A stretch of DNA of 11,168 nucleotides, from positions 17,847 to 29,014 of the forward strand of contig CAYSOY010000002.1 in NCBI GenBank assembly GCA_964432865.1, written 5' to 3'. Positions 9,757 to 11,168 of this stretch are shown one piece after another. The notes under the pieces are model-generated. The model had not been told where the DNA came from and made no database searches. It saw only the letters and a program-made list of their open reading frames with translations. The stretch comes from an uncultured Methanosarcinales archaeon. Its GTDB lineage: Archaea; Nanobdellota; Nanobdellia; Woesearchaeales; UBA525. Position 1 is the first letter of the stretch. Every line of letters begins with the position of its first letter. Position numbers and translations under genes: made by a program.

Positions 9757-11168
9757 TCAATCCTCTTCAGAACTCGTTTCAGGTCTTTCTTTAGAATAAT
9801 CCTCGCTCTCTGAACCGCCGTCACTCTTCTCTTTGGTAGATGGAACCAGTTCGTACTCCAGCAACCAGCACTTCTGGACAGCCTCCACTTTTGTAAACTG
9901 TGAGATCAACTCTTTCACAGAGTCCTCATCCCACGCCTGGTCGGGCTCTACTTTGCTTGTGTAGTCGACCATCTCGTAATCAGGGGTTCTGTTGAAACTA
10001 GCATCTGAGATTTTTGAAAGGTGGTAGTTGTCTGAGACTGAAAATCTCTCCTCAGCGTATCTATCTTCTTCTAAACCTTCAACCTCCTCACTCTCTTTCT
10101 CCTCCCTCTCCTCGCTCTCTGTGTCTTCTGAAGACTCGCTCTTCTTGGAGAGGTAGTTCTTCTCCAGGAGGTAAGTCATCTTTCTGCGAAGCGCCTGTCC
10201 GGAACTCTTTCCCTGAAGGTTCTCCATCAACTCTTTCAGAGTGAACTCTTCCAGTTTGTGCGCTGTTTTTAGAACCGCGACTCCGTCCGAGCCCAACTCC
10301 TTCAGTTCAGGGAGTTTTCTCTTCTGGAAAGAGTCCTCTTCGACTATGAGAGTGCCCTCGGCTCTCTCAAAAAGTAGGTTGTACTCGGCGCTCTCTTCAG
10401 AACAGTTTATGAGAAAGCACGGCAGAAGGTTCGCTTCTACCTCTTCGTCTTCTTCGCTCATCAGTTCCATGTCTCTTACACTGACTGAAGGCTTTATTAC
10501 CTGAAGCATCTCGGAGTTGGGAAACCCCGGGCCTTGCTCCTCTTCTAATATCTCTATCGTCTCTCCTTCGTGGCTGGACATCCTCGGTCTTACGTTGACA
10601 AAAAGAGGCATGTCCACCACTCCTGTAATAAGAGCTGTTCCCACGGGCAGGTTCTTTATCTCGTTCTGAACCTCGGAGGTTATCCCCTCCACGCTGGAAC
10701 TGACGGCTTTCAAGTCGTTGGGATTGGTCACTTTTAGAACAAGTTGGGTACTGCACTGGCTGAGAACTGATTTGTCCACGCGGGCGGGTCTCTGGCTGAC
10801 CGCACATAACCCCAGGCCGAACTTTCTTCCTTCGCTTGCGATTGTCCTGAGAATCCCGCTACTCTTTGCCTCGCCGAAACTCCTCTCGGGGCAGTAGTTG
10901 TGCGCCTCCTCCACGACGAGAAAGAAAGGAGGTATCTTCTCCTGCTTCCTCAGTTCAAAGAGGTCTTTAGAAAGTTTGTAGACTATCATCTCCTGCACCT
11001 CAGGAGGTATTCCTTTAAAGTTCAACACCGCACCCTCCTCTCTGTTCACTAACTCGTTGTAAGGAGTGGGCGCGCTTGAGAAAAGATTTAACTTCTTCAA
11101 AGACTCCAGTTTCTCAACGAGAGACCACTTCGAAGTCCCGTCTTCTTCCTCGAGCACTGTTATCAGGG
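9757..11168 (-). CDS. HerA/FtsK-class (DUF87-like) P-loop ATPase, C-terminal portion with a ~265-aa uncharacterised extension; 5' end off-window
   Basis: The reading frame stays open upstream of the track's GTG at 11157 (..LITVLEEEDG), so the Walker A part lies beyond the right edge. The Walker B is PPFFLVVEEAHNYCPE (about 10900-10926). The HerA/FtsK-type segment is RKFGLGLCAVSQRPARVDKSVLSQCSTQLVLKVTNPNDL. The core ends around LPVGTALITGVVDMPLFVNVRPRMSSHEGE. After that come acidic/Ser-rich and mixed alpha/beta-looking sequence. Confidence 0.75.
   Translation of the reverse strand, partial: LITVLEEEDGTSKWSLVEKLESLKKLNLFSSAPTPYNELVNREEGAVLNFKGIPPEVQEMIVYKLSKDLFELRKQEKIPPFFLVVEEAHNYCPERSFGEAKSSGILRTIASEGRKFGLGLCAVSQRPARVDKSVLSQCSTQLVLKVTNPNDLKAVSSSVEGITSEVQNEIKNLPVGTALITGVVDMPLFVNVRPRMSSHEGETIEILEEEQGPGFPNSEMLQVIKPSVSVRDMELMSEEDEEVEANLLPCFLINCSEESAEYNLLFERAEGTLIVEEDSFQKRKLPELKELGSDGVAVLKTAHKLEEFTLKELMENLQGKSSGQALRRKMTYLLEKNYLSKKSESSEDTESEEREEKESEEVEGLEEDRYAEERFSVSDNYHLSKISDASFNRTPDYEMVDYTSKVEPDQAWDEDSVKELISQFTKVEAVQKCWLLEYELVPSTKEKSDGGSESEDYSKERPETSSEED

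Noticed and set aside
8843-9799. Five plus-strand ORFs (78-142 aa) antisense to the PP-loop gene
   Set aside because: They are mutually overlapping, Ser/Pro/Leu-rich and without signals. The minus frame has PP-loop and AsnB-type motifs.
10014-10807. ORFs 10014-10244(+), 10241-10504(+) and 10397-10807(-) inside the HerA-like gene
   Set aside because: These are antisense or alternative-frame artefacts. The 136-aa minus ORF is Arg/Gln/Ser-rich out-of-frame sequence within the conserved ATPase core region.
9757-11168. Calling the HerA-like ATPase part of a named system (NurA-HerA repair, SIR2-HerA or DUF4297-HerA defence, conjugative VirB4/TraC-like)
   Set aside because: No NurA, SIR2, DUF4297 or conjugation/pilus genes are visible in the window. 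The upstream neighbourhood and the N-terminal half of the protein are off-window. Only the generic HerA/FtsK-class assignment is supportable.

Overview
This looks like an archaeal chromosomal fragment with 12 protein-coding genes, 10 on the minus strand and 2 on the plus strand. I see no rRNA, tRNA, CRISPR array, transposase or integrase.

The archaeal call rests on four observations:
- An archaeal/eukaryotic-type ribosomal protein uS7 at 8043-8642.
- Perfect TTTATAAA boxes 23-29 nt upstream of first-gene ATGs, which is leaderless geometry.
- GGAGG/GAGGTG-type Shine-Dalgarno sites mostly in front of internal operon genes; the one exception is sppA.
- T-tract terminators.

Coding strands are purine-rich, proteins are Lys/Glu-rich with charged low-complexity tails, spacers are very AT-rich, and uS7 is detached from its usual S12/EF-2 neighbours. 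These traits are compatible with, but do not prove, a small-genome DPANN-like archaeon, possibly thermophilic.

Genes from left to right:
- A truncated Cys-containing surface protein (1-478, minus).
- A plus-strand pair of coiled-coil proteins (710-1198, 1301-1933).
- A minus-strand operon of three polytopic membrane proteins, two of them clear paralogs (3967->2010).
- Signal peptide peptidase SppA with a long Lys/Ser-rich N-terminal tail (4126-5199).
- An RDD-family membrane protein (5362-5844).
- An APC-type amino-acid permease fused in frame to a class I SAM methyltransferase (5985-7907).
- An orphan uS7 gene.
- A glutaminase-less asparagine-synthase-like PP-loop enzyme (8803-9726).
- Directly upstream of it in the same operon, a HerA/FtsK-class ATPase whose N-terminus is off-window and which carries a ~265-aa uncharacterised C-terminal extension (9757-11168).

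The best novelty candidates are:
- The HerA-like ATPase plus PP-loop gene pair.
- The permease-methyltransferase fusion, which keeps a relic SD+ATG at the domain junction.
- The three-gene membrane-protein operon.
- The coiled-coil pair.

None of these can be assigned to a known defence or mobile system from sequence alone. All family calls come from motif recognition by eye, with no database search.
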